Assembly: GCA_964016885.1 (NCBI GenBank)
Contig: OZ024748.1
Location: 186,001 to 250,000 of the forward strand
Length of the DNA stretch: 64,000 nucleotides
From: Eledone cirrhosa
Taxonomy: Eukaryota
Reading direction: 5' to 3'
Positions 36,463 through 50,202 of the stretch are shown here, piece by piece. Below the pieces are notes generated by a model. That model saw only the letters and a program-made list of their open reading frames with translations, ran no database searches and had not been told where the DNA came from. Position 1 is the first letter of the stretch. Each line of letters starts with the position of its first letter. The translations under genes were made by a program, and so were the position numbers.

Positions 36463-38308
36463 ATGTATACAAAACAACTAAATCTCTTAAATAACTTCAC
36501 TTATATCCAAAACATGATTTGTATATACATCAACAGTGACTCATTATTATACGCCAGTCACGACCCCACTGCAAAAACGATATCTATATAACAACCCCAC
36601 CGTAAAACTACTCTTCCCCACTTTACAAACACTTTATATTATTTGTCATTAAGGTTTCTTAAAATAAATATATATACGTATGTGTAGTAATTAGTACGGA
36701 GACTGAGAGAGAAGGGGCGAGTGTGTCTTCATGGAGGGCACATGGGACCAGCAAAGCCCTAAAAGTAGAGACCAGTAAATGAGATAAGGTCCTCGCTATG
36801 TTAAGAATATAAATAAGAAACATGTTCTATACATTTAAGAAGACAAGAGAAACATGTTCTAAACATTTAAGAAATAATTATTTACCTCTTTCATGTCGGT
36901 AATATAGCGGTGTTATAAAACTAATTATAACGACCGGTGTTAAAATAGAGAGAGATAGACAGATAAATGTGTGTCACACTCTCACCCTCTCTTTAAATCT
37001 TTTACACTATCTAACTCGTACTTCTCACACTCTCTTTAAATCTTTTACTCTATCTACCTCTCATTTCTATCTGTGTATGTATGTATGTATCTGTCTATGT
37101 GTAACTCGGTGTACTGGAGCAATATGAAGTGAAGTGTCTTGCTCAAGAAGACATTTTGTGGAGTTATATCATCGTTTCTTGTTATAAAGCTACTTATACT
37201 ACCGGCGTAACAGTGGCTATAGGTGATAGATGTAGAAATAAAAGGCTGTAACAGCGATATAAATATAGATGAAATAGTTTACCACGAGACTAAGAATGAA
37301 TGTTTAATGGAATTAAGTGTAATCTAATAGGAAATAAGAGGCTAGAGCAGCGAAATGTTTACGTAAAATAAAAGAACAACAAACAAGAGTGCAACATTGA
37401 AATTTTTGTTTTTTTTTGTCGATATAAGCGTTATTTTATGCGCGATTTGCCTTGCTGCCGGCGCTGCTCAGTCAGTAGCAGCTCCGCTTACGAACTTCAG
37501 GAGCCAACGACTTTACATGGTTCGAATCTCACCCTCTCCGCTCTTGTCGAGTTATCTCCTACTCTTTTTACTTAGTTCCAGGTCATTAAAATAGAGCAAA
37601 GAGGGCGCGGCGATCGGCATATGCACTGGCTACAATGTTGAACTTTGGTACTGACTGCGTAGTTGAACGTTCCAGATACCAACCGCCCAACTGGCCAGTC
37701 AACCGCATATGCGGCTGGCTGGCCGGTTGGGTAGTTGGCATATGTACTGGCTACCATGCTGAACATTGTACTGACTGTCAAGTTGAACGTTCTAACCCTC
37801 TCTTTACATCTATTACTCTATCTACCGCTTATTTCTCCCCCTCTCTTTACTTCTATAACTCTATCTCCCACTCTCTTTACATCTATTACAGTGTCTCCCT
37901 GTATATATACACGTATATATGCACTAGATTTTATAAGAAATCTACGTAATAATATAATTAACAATAGTTGATGAATTAGACCAGAGTTAATTAAACAATA
38001 AATATGAATGAAATAGCAGTAGATGGCGAAACTTGAGTGTTGTGTGTGCATACATATATATGAGGTAAACTGGTTCAAATACTGTCAGGATTATATTGGA
38101 TCAAAGACTGTATTAAATAGAAAGTAAAAAGTGAAGTGAAAATATAAAAACAAACTGAAAATTTCCCCATCCCTAGAAAAATTCATATCTTGTTATATAT
38201 AGATAATTGGCGCTTTAAATTGAATAAATATTCATTTATATATATATATATGTATATATATATGTACACTGATATATATGTGTGTATATATATATGTGTA
38301 TATATATA

Positions 38309-38345
<37 letters not shown>

Positions 38346-39373
38346 ATATCAACTTCATCATACGTCCGCTTTTCCATGCTTGCAAGGGTGGGGTGGGAGC
38401 TGATTCTGGATTGGTTTCTACAGCTGGGTGCCCTTCCTGACGCCAACCCCGTTTGCAGTGAGTGCTGGGTGCTTTTTTTTTTCCGTGGCACCTCCACGTC
38501 AGCTTTACAGTGTGGGCTGGGTGCTTTTTTGCCGCGGCGCCTCCACGACCACTTTGCGGTGGGGTGGTGGGGTGGTATGTGTATACCCAGCCCATTGTCA
38601 TTTGCCACACAGAAAAGCTTATAGCATCGTTCTTTACCCACGATGAATCTAGCAGACCCACCCCTCCACCTGGTCTCTTGAATACAACAAACATCGACCT
38701 CCTTACGTTCAAGCATTTCTACAACCTCGTTAGAGCCACCCTATAAGGTGCCTACATTAATGGTACCAACTCTGAAGTTTTGGATTGCGTTTGGAGGTTG
38801 GGAGCGGTGGGGAGCGGGGATGGGGTTAGGGTTAGCCATCCGCGGCCGAAACAAAGAGGAGGAGCCCTTGCATTCTCGTCCATGAGGTGGATTTGTCTTT
38901 ATGTATGTATATGTATATATGTATGTATGTGTGTGTATGTATGTATATGTATATATGAGTGTATATGTGTATATGTATGTATATGTATGTGTATGTATGT
39001 GTATATATGTGTATATGTATGTGTTTGTATATATGTGTGTGTATGTATATGTGTGTGTATGTATATATATATATGTATGTATGTGTATATGTATGTATAT
39101 GTATGTATGTGTATATGTATATATGTGTGTATGTATGTATATATGTATGTATGTGTATATATGTATGTATGTATATGTATATATACGTGTGTATATGTAT
39201 ATATACTTATGTGTATATGCTTATGTATGTGTATGTATGTATATTTATATTATGTATATATATATATCTATGTATGTATATGTATGTATATGTGTATGTA
39301 TGTGTATGTATGTATGTGTATATATGTATGTATGTATATATATATGTATATGTATGTGTATGTATATGTATAT

Positions 39374-39727
39374 GGAGGCACATGGCTTAGTGGTTCGAGC
39401 ATTGGCCTGGCAATCGAAAGGTTGTGAGTTCAATTCTCAGACCGGGTGATGTGTTGTTTCCTTGAGCAAGACACTTTATTTCACATTGCTCCAGTTTACT
39501 CAGCTGTAGAAATGAGATGATAGGGACTGGGGTCCATATCATTCCACTGCAAAGTGGTCATGGAGGTGCCACGGCAAAAAAGCACTCAGCACTCACTGTA
39601 AATGAGGTTGGTGTTAGGAAGGGCATCCAGCTGTAGAAATCAAGCCAGAATCAGTTCCCGTCCCACCCTTGCAAGCAGGGAAAAAGCGGACTTAAAACGA
39701 AATGATGATGATGATGATGATGATGAT
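39374..39727 (+). mobile_element. SINE copy (unit 6)
   Basis: Near identical to 11891-12245. Confidence 0.9.
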
Positions 39728-40365
39728 GTATGTATGTATGTGTATATGTATGTATGTATATGTATGTATGTGTATGAGATGCAGTTTGGTTTTGTGCCGC
39801 TGAAAAGTGCAACAGATGCCCTCTTCTTAGTGAGACAACTACAAAAGAGGTTCTTAGAGAAAAATAAGCCACTATACTTAGCTTTGGACATAGAGAAGGC
39901 TTTTGATAGAGAACTCTTATAAATGACAACATATATATATGTGTGTGTATATATATGTTTTTTTTAAAACTATATATTTATTACTCCCTTAAGCAGAAGA
40001 AATATATTCCCAGATATCGAAGATTACCACAATAACTAGGGAGCGGAAATCAATAGATGCTGGACATTGCTGCTGAGGGTAGGATGACCTGATGAGCTGG
40101 CTCCTGTGGTGGATACCTAAACATAGTAAGACCCAAGTGGGATGACTGAGGTTCACCTACATACATCAGATGTCTCTGGATCTCCAGCTGGAGATTAATG
40201 ATCTCAGGAATGCCATGAAAAATCGTGACATCTAAAAAAGAAGAGTAGAATTGTTCTGGCCAATCCACCTGACCTAATAAACAATAATAATATTAATATA
40301 TATTGATGAAAATTAATTATGGTGAAATATCTTAGAAATCATTCTCAGAGGTTTTGTATTGTAAT

Positions 40366-42399
40366 CCACACTTGCTCCTTGTGGCTTCTGATGCAGACAT
40401 CATGTCCGCCATCAGGTCCTTCCCAGCTAGCAGCTGCGGTGATGTTGATGGTCTCTGACCAGGCCTCCTCAAGGAGTTGATATCTCCCCTCTCCGCTGAG
40501 GCCGGGCGCCGCCTTCTGAGTGCAATTGTGGCGCTCACCAATAGGCTCATCCATGGCGCCCTGGACTCTTATGCTCGAGGCCTCTTTTTTTCAGCCAGCT
40601 TCACCGCTCTCAGGAAGAAAGAGGGTGGCATACGCCCCATTGCTGTGGGCAATGTCTTCCGGAGGCTGGCTGCCAAGGTAACCTGCAAGTCCGTAACACT
40701 CGGAACCGGCATCCAGGGACTCCAGCCACCTCATTGTCAAGTTTGACATGAGGAATGCCTTCAACTCTTTACGCTGGGATCATCTGCTCGAGGCCTGCCT
40801 CAGCCGAGCCCCCTCTGCCTAGCTGTCATATGGAGCCCCGAGCATGCGACATGCTGCTGATGCGGTCATACCCTTGGCTACTGGGATCCAACAGGGCAAC
40901 CCTTTGGGACCCCTCCTGTTCACCCTTGGTATTGACCACATCGCCCGGAGTATAACGGCCCCTCTCAACGTTTGGTATCTGGATGATGCTACTTTGGGTG
41001 GGCCCGTACAGGCGGTCTGCCATGACCTTCAATCGGTGGTTCCTGCCCTGGCGGGAATCGACCTCCAGGTCAACTCAGCCAAGTCGGAGGTGGTGAATGT
41101 CAGCCTCGATGCTGCAAGCTTTGCAGTCTCCGTCTTGGACGTGCGGTCCATTCTCCGCCAGGTTCAGGTGACCCCCAAAGAGGATGCCCTCACCGATCCA
41201 CCCGCTGGCCATCCGCTCCACCATCAAGTTCAGACTCTCACGAGCCGACTGGGCTTGATTGATGGCCACCCAGTTCTCTTTCTGCTGAGGAACTGCTACG
41301 CCATGCCGAAGCTCCTCTATACACTCTGTGCTACACCCAGACTTGTATCCGAGCAGCAGCCGATGAGATATGCAACTTTACCTATCAGGTATGGCGACCT
41401 TCGCCTCCAGTCCCCGATCTCACTAGCTTTGCCGGCGTATCTTTCGTCGGTAACCTCGTACCACGTCCACCTCAGCAGGGTTCTTCAAAACACAACAGAA
41501 CCCTCTGTGTTCAGAGAACGCGTGGCCGCCTGTGAGATGTAGCACCGGCTGGGACTTAGCCCAGTAGACGTTCCTCCTCCTTCTCCCCCTGTTGACGTCA
41601 AGTCCCCCCAACACACTTGGGATGCCATCCAGTGCAGCCTGGCCTCAGACAGGCTCACGTGCCAGCTCGACCAGCACCGCCTTGTTTGTTTTCGTGCGGC
41701 CTCCAAACCCCACAGTGGGGCCTGGCTCCATGCCCTGCCCTCCTTCTCCACTCGCACGCAGCTAGACAACCATAGCTTGCGCATCGGCGTTTCCCTGAGG
41801 CTCGGCCTCACACCAATGTCGCTGCCGTTCCACCATGGACTCTTTCGGCCTCCACCCGCTTTCCTGTTGCCACAGTGCCAGCCGCAATCCACGCCATGCT
41901 GCCCTCAACGAAATCATTAAGCATGGCTTGGACGCTGCAGGCTTCCCTTCCCAGCTCGAGGGGACGGCAAAAGGCCAGATGGCATGACCATCTTCCCGTT
42001 CCGCGGTGGCAAACCCCTCGTCTGGGATGCCACTTGCACCGACACTTTCTGCAGCCGCAACCTGGTGCAGTCTGCGACTGGCCCAGGTTCTGCTGCACGT
42101 CAGGCTGAGAGGGCCAAACTCCTCACATATCGTTCACTCTCCGACAGGTTTGCGGTCGTACCCCTGGAAGTGGAGACTTCTGGTGTCCTCGACCCCAGGG
42201 CTACCTCCTTACTCACCACCATAGGCGCTGAGCTGGCCAGTCGCAGGTGTGAGCCCCGCGAGTTGGAGTGGCTTTTCCAGCGCGTCTCCCTTGCCGTGCT
42301 CCGGGGAAACGCCTTCTCCATTCTGTCCGCCGGGGCTGTGGGTGGGCCCCATCGCGTACCGTTATAGTTGTTGAAGAAGAAACAGGGAGACAACAACTG
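40366..42399 (+). mobile_element. CRE-clade element copy (unit 6) with an extra 34 bp at the 3' end
   Basis: Same motifs; extra stop at 41540-41542; hairpin segment at 42366-42399. Confidence 0.88.
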
Positions 42400-44140
42400 G
42401 AATGTATACAAAACAACTAAATCTCTTAAATAACTTCACTTATATCCAAAATATGATTTGTATATACATCAACAGTTACTCATTATTATACGCCAGTCAC
42501 GACCCCACTGCAAAAACGATATCTATATAACAACCCCACCGTAAAACTACTCTTCCCCACTTTACAAACACTTTATATTATTTGTCATTAAGGTTTCTTA
42601 AAATAAATATATATACGTATGTGTAGTAATTAGTACGGAGACTGAGAGAGAAGGGGCGAGTGTGTCTTCATGGAGGGCACATGGGACCAGCAAAGCCCTA
42701 AAAGTAGAGACCAGTAAATGAGATAAGGTCCTAGCTATGTTAAGAATATAAATAAGAAACATGTTCTATACATTTAAGAAGACAAGAGAAACATGTTCTA
42801 AACATTTAAGAAATAATTATTTACCTCTTTCATGTCGGTAATATAGCGGTGTTATAAAACTAATTATAACGACCGGTGTTAAAATAGAGAGAGATAGACA
42901 GATAAATGTGTGTCACACTCTCACCCTCTCTTTAAATCTTTTACACTATCTTTACATCTTTTACTCTATCTCCCTCTTATTTCTATCTGTGTACATATAT
43001 ATGTGTATGTATGTATCTGTCTATGTGTAACTCGGTGTACTGGAGCAATATGAGGTGAAGTGTCTTGCTCAAGAAGACATTTTGTGGAGTTATATCATCG
43101 TTTCTTGTTATAAAGCTACTTATACTACCGGCGTAACAGTGGCTATAGGTGATAGATGTAGAAATAAAAGGCTGTAACAGCGATATAAATATAGATGAAA
43201 TAGTTTACCACGAGACTAAGAATGAATGTTTAATGGAATTAAGTGTAATCTAATAGGAAATAAGAGGCTAGAGCAGCGAAATGTTTACGTAAAATAAAAG
43301 AACAACAAACAAGAGTGCAACATTGAAATTTTTGTTTTATTTTCTCGATATAAGCGTTATTTTATGCGCGATTTGCCTTGCTGCCGGCGTTGCTCAGTCA
43401 GTAGCAGCCCCGCTTACGAAGTTCAGGAGCCAACGACTTTACATGGTTCGAATCTCACCCTCTCCGCTCTTGTCGAGTTATCTCCTACTCTTTTTACTTA
43501 GTTCCAGGTCATTTAAATAGAGCAAAGAGGTCGCGGCGATCGGCATATGCACTGGCTACAATGTTGAACTTTGGTACTGACTGCATAGTTGAACGTTCCA
43601 CATACCAACCGCCCAACTGGCCAGTCAACCGCAAATACGGCTGGCTGGCCGGTTGGGTAGTTGGCATATGTACTGACTGTCAAGTTGAACGTTCTAACCC
43701 TCTCTTTACATCTATTGCTCTATCTACCGCTTATTTCTCTCCCTCTCTTTACTTCTATAACTCTATCTCCCACTCTCTTTACATCTATTACACAGTGTCT
43801 CCCTGTATATATACACGTATATATGCACTAGATTTTATAAGAAATCTACGTAATAATATAATTAACAATAGTTGATGAATTAGACCAGAGTTAATTAAAC
43901 AATAAATATGAATGAAATAGCAGTAGATGGCGAAACTTGAGTGTTGTGTGTGCATACATATATATGAGGTAAACTGGTTCAAATACTGTCAGGATTATAT
44001 TGGATCAAAGACTGTATTAAATAGAAAGTAAAAAATGAAGTGAAAATATAAAAACAAACTGAAAATTTCCCCATCCCTAGAAAAATTCATATCTTGTTAT
44101 ATATAGATAATTGGCGCTTTAAATTGAATAAATATTCATT

Positions 44141-44175
<35 letters not shown>

Positions 44176-45738
44176 GTACACTGATATATATGTGTGTGTA
44201 TATATATATATATATGTATGTGTATATGTGTACATATGTATGTGTATATATATACTAATATATATATATATATATCAACTTCATCATACGTCCGCTTTTC
44301 CATGCTTGCAAGGGTGGGGTGGGAGCTGATTCTGGATTGGTTTCTACAGCTGGGTGCCCTTCCTGACGCCAACCCAGTTTGCAGTGAGTGCTGGGTGCTT
44401 TGTTTGTTTCCGTGGCACCTCCACGTCAGCTTTACAGAGCGGGCTGGGTGCTTTTTTGCCGTGGCGCCTCCACGACCACTTTACGGTGGGGTGGTGGGGT
44501 GGTATGTGTATACCCAGCCCATTGTCATTTCCCACCCAGAAAAGTTCATAGCACCGTTCTTTACCCACGATGAATCTAGCAGACCCACCCCTCCACCTGG
44601 TCTCTTGAATACAACAGTGGTTTCACTAAAATAAAAATTAAATTAAATTAAATTAAATTAATTATATTAGATAAATAGACATTGGGGTTCTCACCAAAGA
44701 TTTTCAGTTATTTCTAAGAGATGTAAAAGGAAAATTAAAAAAAGATTAATAGGACACATTAGACATGTCTCCAAGCAAGAATTGAACTTACAGACAAGGA
44801 TCTCACCATCTCTGGTACTTCCCACTAAGCCACCAAGACTGCTACAAAGGTCTATTGAAAATTAATATTTATAAACCTACTTTCAAAATATAACTAATTT
44901 AATTAAAAATAAAATAAAATAAATAGACATTGGCGTTCTCACAAAACTTTTTCAGTTCTTTTTTCTAAGAAATGTCAAAGGAATATATATATATATATAT
45001 TTTATTTTTAATTTTATTTTGAAAGTAGGTTTATAAATATTAAATTTCAGTACATCTTTGTATCAGTCTCGGTAGCTTAGTGGGAAGTACCAGAGATGGT
45101 GAGATCCTGTTCTGGGTGTTCAATCCTGGTCTGAGGGTTGAATTGGGGACTCAGGTTCAATCCTGGTCCATGAGATACATGTAAGGTATCATGTTAATCT
45201 TTTATAATTTTCTTTCTATATCTCTTTGAAAAAGAGAACCCCTATTTATTTAATTATATTGAATTTAATTTTTTATTTTAGTTAAATTGTCGAAAACACT
45301 GAAGATCTAAAGGTTGAGGAGACAATATGTCTATTTTATCTGTCTCCTCTAACTTTAGATCACCAGTGGTTTTGACAATTTAACTAAAGTAAAATAAAAT
45401 AAAATAAATTAAATTATATTAGATAAATAGACATTGGGGTTCTCACCAAAGATTTTCAGTTTTTTCTGAGGAAAATTTAAAAAAAGATTAACAGGACACA
45501 TTACAGCAATGATTGAACTCCCAGACCAGGATTGAACCTACAGACAAGGACCTCACCATCTCTGGTACTTCCCACTAAGCCGCCAAGACTGCTACAACGG
45601 TCTGCTGATAATTAATATTTATAAACCTAATTTCAAAATAAAATTAATGTTATTAATTTTATTTAAAAATAAAATAAAATAAATAAACATTGGGGTTCTC
45701 ACAAAACTTTTTCATTTTTTTTCTAAGAAATGTCAAAG

Positions 45739-45781
<43 letters not shown>

Positions 45782-45784
<3 letters not shown>

Positions 45785-47704
45785 TCATCATCATCATCAT
45801 CGTTTAACGTCCATATTCCACGCTTGCATGGGTTTGGACGGGAATTTTCCCACTTGAGGCAAGAGTGGTTGTCTTGCTCGCATAGGACTGTCTGGCGGGT
45901 TTTCTACAGCTGGATGCCCTTCCTAACAGCAACCGCATTTACAGTGTGGGACTGGGAGGTTTTTACCGTGTTACCTACACGGCCACATTACTGCGTGGAC
46001 TGTGTTTTTTTTTTTTGTCGTGACACCTACACGACCTCATTTGTTTCGGCCTGGATGTTGTGGCACCAACATAACTTTACAGTGAAAGGGGCGGTGTGGA
46101 TGGGGTGGGGGTGTATTTTGTTAGAGGTGCCTACTGACTGTAGTAGGTTTTACTTTGTATCTAGGTAAGGCGGGTCTTCTCTATTACTGAGTACCGCCAA
46201 AGATCTCGGTCCAGTGACATTGTCTTGGAGAGGTGTAAGTGTGTGAGGTCGGAATTTATCAAGTCGTCCCAGGTTTTTCTGGGTCTGCCTACTCCGTGGC
46301 TACCGTCTATCTTTATTGCCCTGCATTTTTTTTATACAGCTGTCGTCTTTCATCCGCATCACGTGGACCATACCAACGTAGTCTTCTCTCGAGTACACAA
46401 CATCTGATCCCTCTTATTTCTAATTTTTCCCTTAGTTCGTTTATGCTTTGCAGTTCACATATATTACTATTACACATCCAGCGAAGCATGCAAGCTTCGT
46501 TCCTCTCTAGTCTGCGTATATCCTCTGCACACAATGCCCAGGTCTCACTGCCATGCAACATTGCTGTTCATATGCAGGCATCATACAACCTGCCTTTCAT
46601 TTTTAGGGAGAACCCTTTAGCGGCTAATAGTGGTATAAGCTCTCTGAACTTTTTCCATCCAGTTCTGACTCTAGCTACTGTACTTTCAGAGCACCCTCCC
46701 CCACTGCTGATTTTGTCACCCAGGTAACGGAAGCTGTCCACTATTTCTATAGAACCCTCTGCGCAATTGAAAGAGCTAGTATTTTGTGGGCACTTGCTGC
46801 TACTTATTGCACCAGAGCACCGGCCACATGTAAAATCTATGTTCTTAGTTAGCTTACCTGTGATCCCACTACATCTTTTATGAACCCATACTTTGCATTT
46901 GGGACATAAAATGGAGTTTCTACCTACGCCTTTCCTACACACTGAGCATGGCCATTTCCCGGAAGGGACCGGCGCCTTATTTTCTTTCCTACAAACTAGA
47001 ACTTTAGTCTTAGCCAGGTTAATTTTAAGGCCTTCTGATTCTAGGCCTTGCTTCCATGTTTGGAATTTCTTCTCTAGCTCGGCCATCGATTCAGCTATGA
47101 GCGTTAGATCATCTGCGTATAGGAGTTCCCATGGGCAGCCGGTCTTGAACTCCACTGTTATAGCCTGAAGGGCAATAATAAATAGTAGGGGGCTAAGGAC
47201 GGAGCCCTGATGAACACCAACTTTTACGCTAAACTCTTCACTATATTCGTTGTTAATTCTAACCTTGCTGACTGTTTCTTTATACATGGCTCGTATAGCT
47301 CTCACAAGCCATTCCTCAACACCTAGTTTTCTAAGAGCCCACCAGATAATGGAACGGGGGACTCTGTCGAAGGCTTTCTCCAAGTCAACAAAAGCTAAGT
47401 ATAGGGGTTTACTTTTAACTAGGTACTTCTCCTGTAGTTGTCGTACAATGAAAAGAGCGTCTGTGGTACTTTTACCTGACACAAACCCGAACTGCATTTC
47501 ATCTAGATCAATTCTCTCTCTGATTAGTTGCGCTATTACTTTTTCCGTGACCTTCATGACCTGGTCGATTAATTTAATGCCTCTATAGTTACTCCTATCT
47601 AGGGCATCTCCTTTACCCTTGTAACAGTTAATGATGATGCTGCTACGCCAGTCCTTCAGAACAACCCCATTCTGTATGACTTGGTTTACTATCCGGGTGA
47701 CCAT
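45782..47704 (-). mobile_element. RTE LINE copy (unit 7)
   Basis: Same RT ORF (46568-47824) and same lesions. Confidence 0.95.
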
Positions 47705-50202
47705 TACGTGTATACATCTGAAAATGTATATATGTATGCAAAGATATAAGTAAACATACATGTATACATATAGATGGACAGTTATGCATATACAATAACT
47801 TATTTCTATACATACATATACCACAAGTAAGGCATGGTGCTGCCAACTAACCAGACCTCCCTCATAATGGACCAGCTAGATCCCAAAATACAGGCCTGCT
47901 TGCCAACACACAGTCCCAATAAGTGTAAGTTACAGCGCAGCTATCTGGACAGACTTGTCTTAAGACTACACACTATCCCACTACATCTTTTGTATACTAT
48001 ATATATACTGTTTATATATATATATACTATATATATATATACTGTTTATATATATATATACTATATATATATATACTGTTTATATATATATACACACATA
48101 TAATTGTGTATTCACACATTATCTTAGTAATGAAATAATTAATAATTTTAGTAAATTGTTCAAAATTCTTCATTAACCCTTTTGGTAGAAACCCAGCCAA
48201 AATTAGTTCTCGTACTATGGAAATGGTTCCTATCTAAATTAAAGTCTTCCAACAAAATTCTATATAACAACCATATGGTAAGTTACTATGTTAGTAATTA
48301 ACTAACAATTGTGATAAATAGCTCAAAATTATTCATAATTAATTGAATTATAAGGTTCATAATTATAATAAAATCTTCAAATAGGCTACGAAACCGGTAA
48401 ACCTGAAAGGTACACAACACACACACATTGCTATAGCGTTTCACCAGCCCCTTCCTTCCTGAATTATTACAGAGATGTGTGTGTATGTAATAATTATTTG
48501 TATAATGTGTGTCTATTTATGAATATGTATGAGTAGATGTGTGTGTGTGTATCACAGTAGATGTGTATGTAACACGGTAGATGTGTATATGTAACAGAGT
48601 AGATGTGTGTTTGCATGTAACTCAGTATATGTGTATGTAACTCAGTAGATGTGTGTGTGTAACACGGTAGATGTGTGTGTGTAACACGGTAGATGTGTGT
48701 GTGTGTAACACGGTAGATGTGTGTGTGTAACACGGTAGATGTGTGTATGTAACAGTAGATGTGTATGTATGTAACACAGTAGATGTGTATGTATGTAACA
48801 CAGTAGATGTGTGTATGTAACACAGTACATGTGTGTGTATGTAACTCAGTAGATGTGTGTGTATGTAACTCAGTAGATGTGTGTATGTAACACAGTAGAT
48901 TGTGTGTATGTAACATAGAAGATGTGTGTAACACAGTAGATGTGTGTGTATGTAACACAGTAGATCTGTGTGTATGTAACTCAGTAGATGTGTGTGTATG
49001 TAACACAGGTGTGTGTATGTAACACAGTAGATGTGTGTATGTAACATAGTAGATGTGTGTATGTAACACAGAAGATGTGTGTGTATGTAACACAGTAGAT
49101 GTGTGTGTATGTAACTCAGTAGATGTGTGTGTATGTAACACAGTAGATGTGTGTGTAACACAGTAGATGTGTATGTAACGCAGTAGATGTGTGTGTATAT
49201 AACCCAGTTGATGTGTGTGTATGTAACACAGTAGATGTGTGTATGTAACATAGTATATGTGTATGTAACTAAAGTGTAACGTACGTTACAAATGGACGAC
49301 AAAATGATTTTAACTTGTTTTTTAACAATTGATGGTGGAAAAGATTTTAAATTGTCTTAACTCAGACCATAAAGGGCCGCAACACATGGAGTCTGACACT
49401 CTTACCGGCTACATAGCCTGGGCGTCTATTTTACCGCGACCGGCTACATAGCATCTTCCTAAAATCTTCCAACATAATTTTATACAAGAACCACATGTTA
49501 AGTTACTAATAAAATAATTAATAAATAAAAACATTAGTAAGTCCTTCAAATGATATCTCAGTAATGAAATAATTAATAATTGTTATAAATACCTCAAAAT
49601 TCCTCATTAATTAAACCTCATTAATTAATTAAGCCGCTGAAAAGTGCAACAGATGCCCTCTTCTTAGTGAGACAACTACAAAAGAGGTTCTTAGAGAAAA
49701 ATAAGCCACTATACTTAGCTTTGGACATAGAGAAGGCTTTTGATAGAGAACTCTTATAAATGACAACATATATATATGTGTGTGTATATATATGTTTTTT
49801 TTAAAACTATATATTTATTACTCCCTTAAGCAGAAGAAATATATTCCCAGATATCGAAGATTACCACAATAACTAGGGAGCGGAAATCAATAGATGCTGG
49901 ACATTGCTGCTGAGGGTAGGATGACCTGATGAGCTGGCTCCTGTGGTGGATACCTAAACATAGTAAGACCCTAGTGGGATGACTGAGGTTCACCTACATA
50001 CATCAGATGTCTCTGGATCTCCAGCTGGAGATTAATGATCTCAGGAATGCCATGAAAAATCGTGACATCTAAAAAAGAAGAGTAGAATTGTTCTGGCCAA
50101 TCCACCTGACCTAATAAACAATAATAATATTAATATATATTGATGAAAATTAATTATGGTGAAATATCTTAGAAATCATTCTCAGAGGTTTTGTATTGTA
50201 AT

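Larger units (their letters stand above)
31402..37295 (+). repeat. Array unit 5, S type (5894 bp)
   Basis: Anchor-to-anchor distance; SINE at 33464. Confidence 0.95.
37296..43221 (+). repeat. Array unit 6, S type (5926 bp), with the most divergent CRE 3' half
   Basis: Anchor-to-anchor distance; private SNPs in about 41200-42480 and a private 34-bp segment at 42366-42399. Confidence 0.95.
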
